Shown piece by piece: positions 61,951-64,000 of a stretch of 64,000 bases of DNA. Source of the stretch: the human T2T-CHM13v2.0 reference genome, Homo sapiens; NCBI RefSeq assembly GCF_009914755.1, contig NC_060929.1. The stretch is one strand, 5' to 3'. Position 1 is the stretch's first letter. Each line of letters starts with the position of its first letter. A program made the translations under genes and the position numbers. The notes beneath the pieces were generated by a model. That model was not told where the DNA came from, ran no database searches, and worked only from the letters and a program-made list of their open reading frames with translations.

Positions 61951-64000
61951 TATTCTCCCTTCCTTTGTGGAAGTTTGAAAACCCAGAAAAAAACAGCAAC
62001 AATCTAAGTGGCCATTTAAACCTCAGTGAGGTCAACTTGATCCTAGCTGAGACACAGTCACCATTAATTGTTACATTAATTCACCAACTCAGCTCTCATG
62101 TATCTATTTTCTCCACTGTGGGTGAGAAATTATGAGTACTTATCCTCATTTTTTTCTAAAATATACAAAACACAGTAACAATCTATGTTCTAAGCACTCA
62201 CAATGCAGGAAATTTTTCTAAAGCTTTAGGAGACTGATGGAGCCCTACAGCTGTTTATCAAAACCCCATCTCCAAATTACACAGCAGAAAAAGGTTGTCT
62301 GATAGATTAGAAACCGTACCTTTGCCCTCTGTGGCTAAACCCCAAACTTTTCCCAAGCCTCTCTATCTTAGCTTCCATGTTCAGTCAGTCAGTCAACCTG
62401 TGAATAACACTTACTGAAACTCCACTGGGTGTTGGAGATAGGGCACAAAGAAAATAGAGGCTTCAGCTCCCATCCCTGAGAACATTACAATCAATTTCGG
62501 GAAGTGGAAGATACACTCATGATGGAAATGTAAGATCACTTTAAGCAATGTGCAAACATATTCAAATGCATGTGGGTCAATGTGACCACAAAAGGAGAAA
62601 TGTCATGTAACTTTTACCATGGGACAGCACAGCTGACTGCAGGAGACTGCTGTGGGCATTCAGTCTGCACCAGGAGTTCTAGTCTTTGTTTTGCTCTGAC
62701 ACTGTGAACTTGAGCTTGCCACTGAATATTTCTGGAATTCCACTTCTTCTCTGTAAAATGAAGCAGTTGGTCAAGACGAGTGATTTTTCAAACTCTGCAA
62801 AGCTGAAAACCACTATTTTTTCTCCTCCTAGATGAACCATAATAAAAGTTTGAATTAAGGCGCCCTCTATTTCCCCTCAGAAGTCCCTTAGGCTGTGCAT
62901 GAAAGTATCTCTAAGATACTTTCTTACATTAATATGTGATGATTCTGTGAATCCCAGAGCATGGGCAGCTTAATGTAGGAAACAGATTTTAGTTCTTTCG
63001 AGATTTGAATTCAACTCAATTTATAAATCAATAGTACTATAGTAGAAGTAGAGACATTATATCTTTCTACTGTAGAAGATGTGAGATCAATAACCCATTA
63101 GACAAGCAATCTGGGTCATTCTTAACCCAGATTTATAATATTCATAAACATTTACTGAGCATCTTCTACATGCCAAGCATTATATATATACTGGGTGCTG
63201 GGATTTAAATCCCTGGAGGAGTACTCAATCTAATAGGTTTTAGACCAGAAAATGTTCTTTATTTTGAGAAGCCCCAAAGAAGGCAGAGTGTTCTCAATGA
63301 CAGCTTTTAAGCCATGGGTTATTTATTTTATCTAAATGGAACTACTCTGGATGGATTGAACATGTACAACACAGCCTAAGGAAGATCTGTTCAATCTGTC
63401 CCAGCATGGAGAGACTGGTGGAGTCCTGCCTCCACGCCTGGGACGCATTATGTGTACTTCATCATTTAGAGACAGAAGGCAGATGGAAAATGCTCTATAT
63501 GAACAAGCTTCGCTGGTTATTTTATCCTGAAACATGGCTCAACAAGGAAAACACTCTGTTGCTACCACCCTAACCACTCCCAAATCCACTTGTTACTCCT
63601 GCATGTTAATCTACTGGAAGATTAAAAAATGGGCCACAAAATAGCCATCGCCTGGAGGACCAGGAGTTCGGACATGTTTTATGAGGGTTCTTGCCTGTAG
63701 AACCCAAAACCTCTTGTTCGTTAATGGTTAAATTAAATCTTGCTATGTCTCAGGACTAGGGAAATATGGCTGTTGACTCAATGAGAATCTTACAAGATCA
63801 AACATCAAATTCTAACACTTATAACAAGAAGAAAAATGAATATGTACATTTTTGAAGCATTGCAATGAAAATGATCTTCAGAGAATAGATAACAATGCAT
63901 AATATGAAAGGAAGCTCTTTTTATAAGTATACTGTTATATATATTTATGTTTGTTATATGTATTTTTTAAATATATGTATGTATTAAATTGTATATTTAT

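Overview
This is AT-rich primate (almost certainly human) genomic DNA, intronic or intergenic, dominated by transposable elements. I found no recognisable host protein-coding gene; the long ORFs in the track are LINE-1 ORFs or Alu/LTR read-through. The main structure is a full-length but inactivated L1PA2-like element (15833-21962). It carries a short 3' transduction with a second poly(A) tail and sits in one LTR of an internally deleted two-LTR THE1/MST (MaLR) element. A second, independent L1PA sits at the homologous position of another MaLR LTR 39 kb away, inside a multi-layer nest. The window also holds a polyadenylated, TSD-flanked MER41-like fragment and several locally templated duplications: a ~190-bp inverted copy inside an MLT1 LTR, a 146-bp direct copy and a near-perfect 77-bp copy. 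Several splice-site-bounded segments could be exons of an unannotated or non-coding transcript. Repeat subfamily names come from recalled consensus sequences, not a database search, and boundaries of old repeats are approximate. I do not see evidence for a wholly new biological system; the best leads concern L1 mobilisation and targeting and local template-switch repair.
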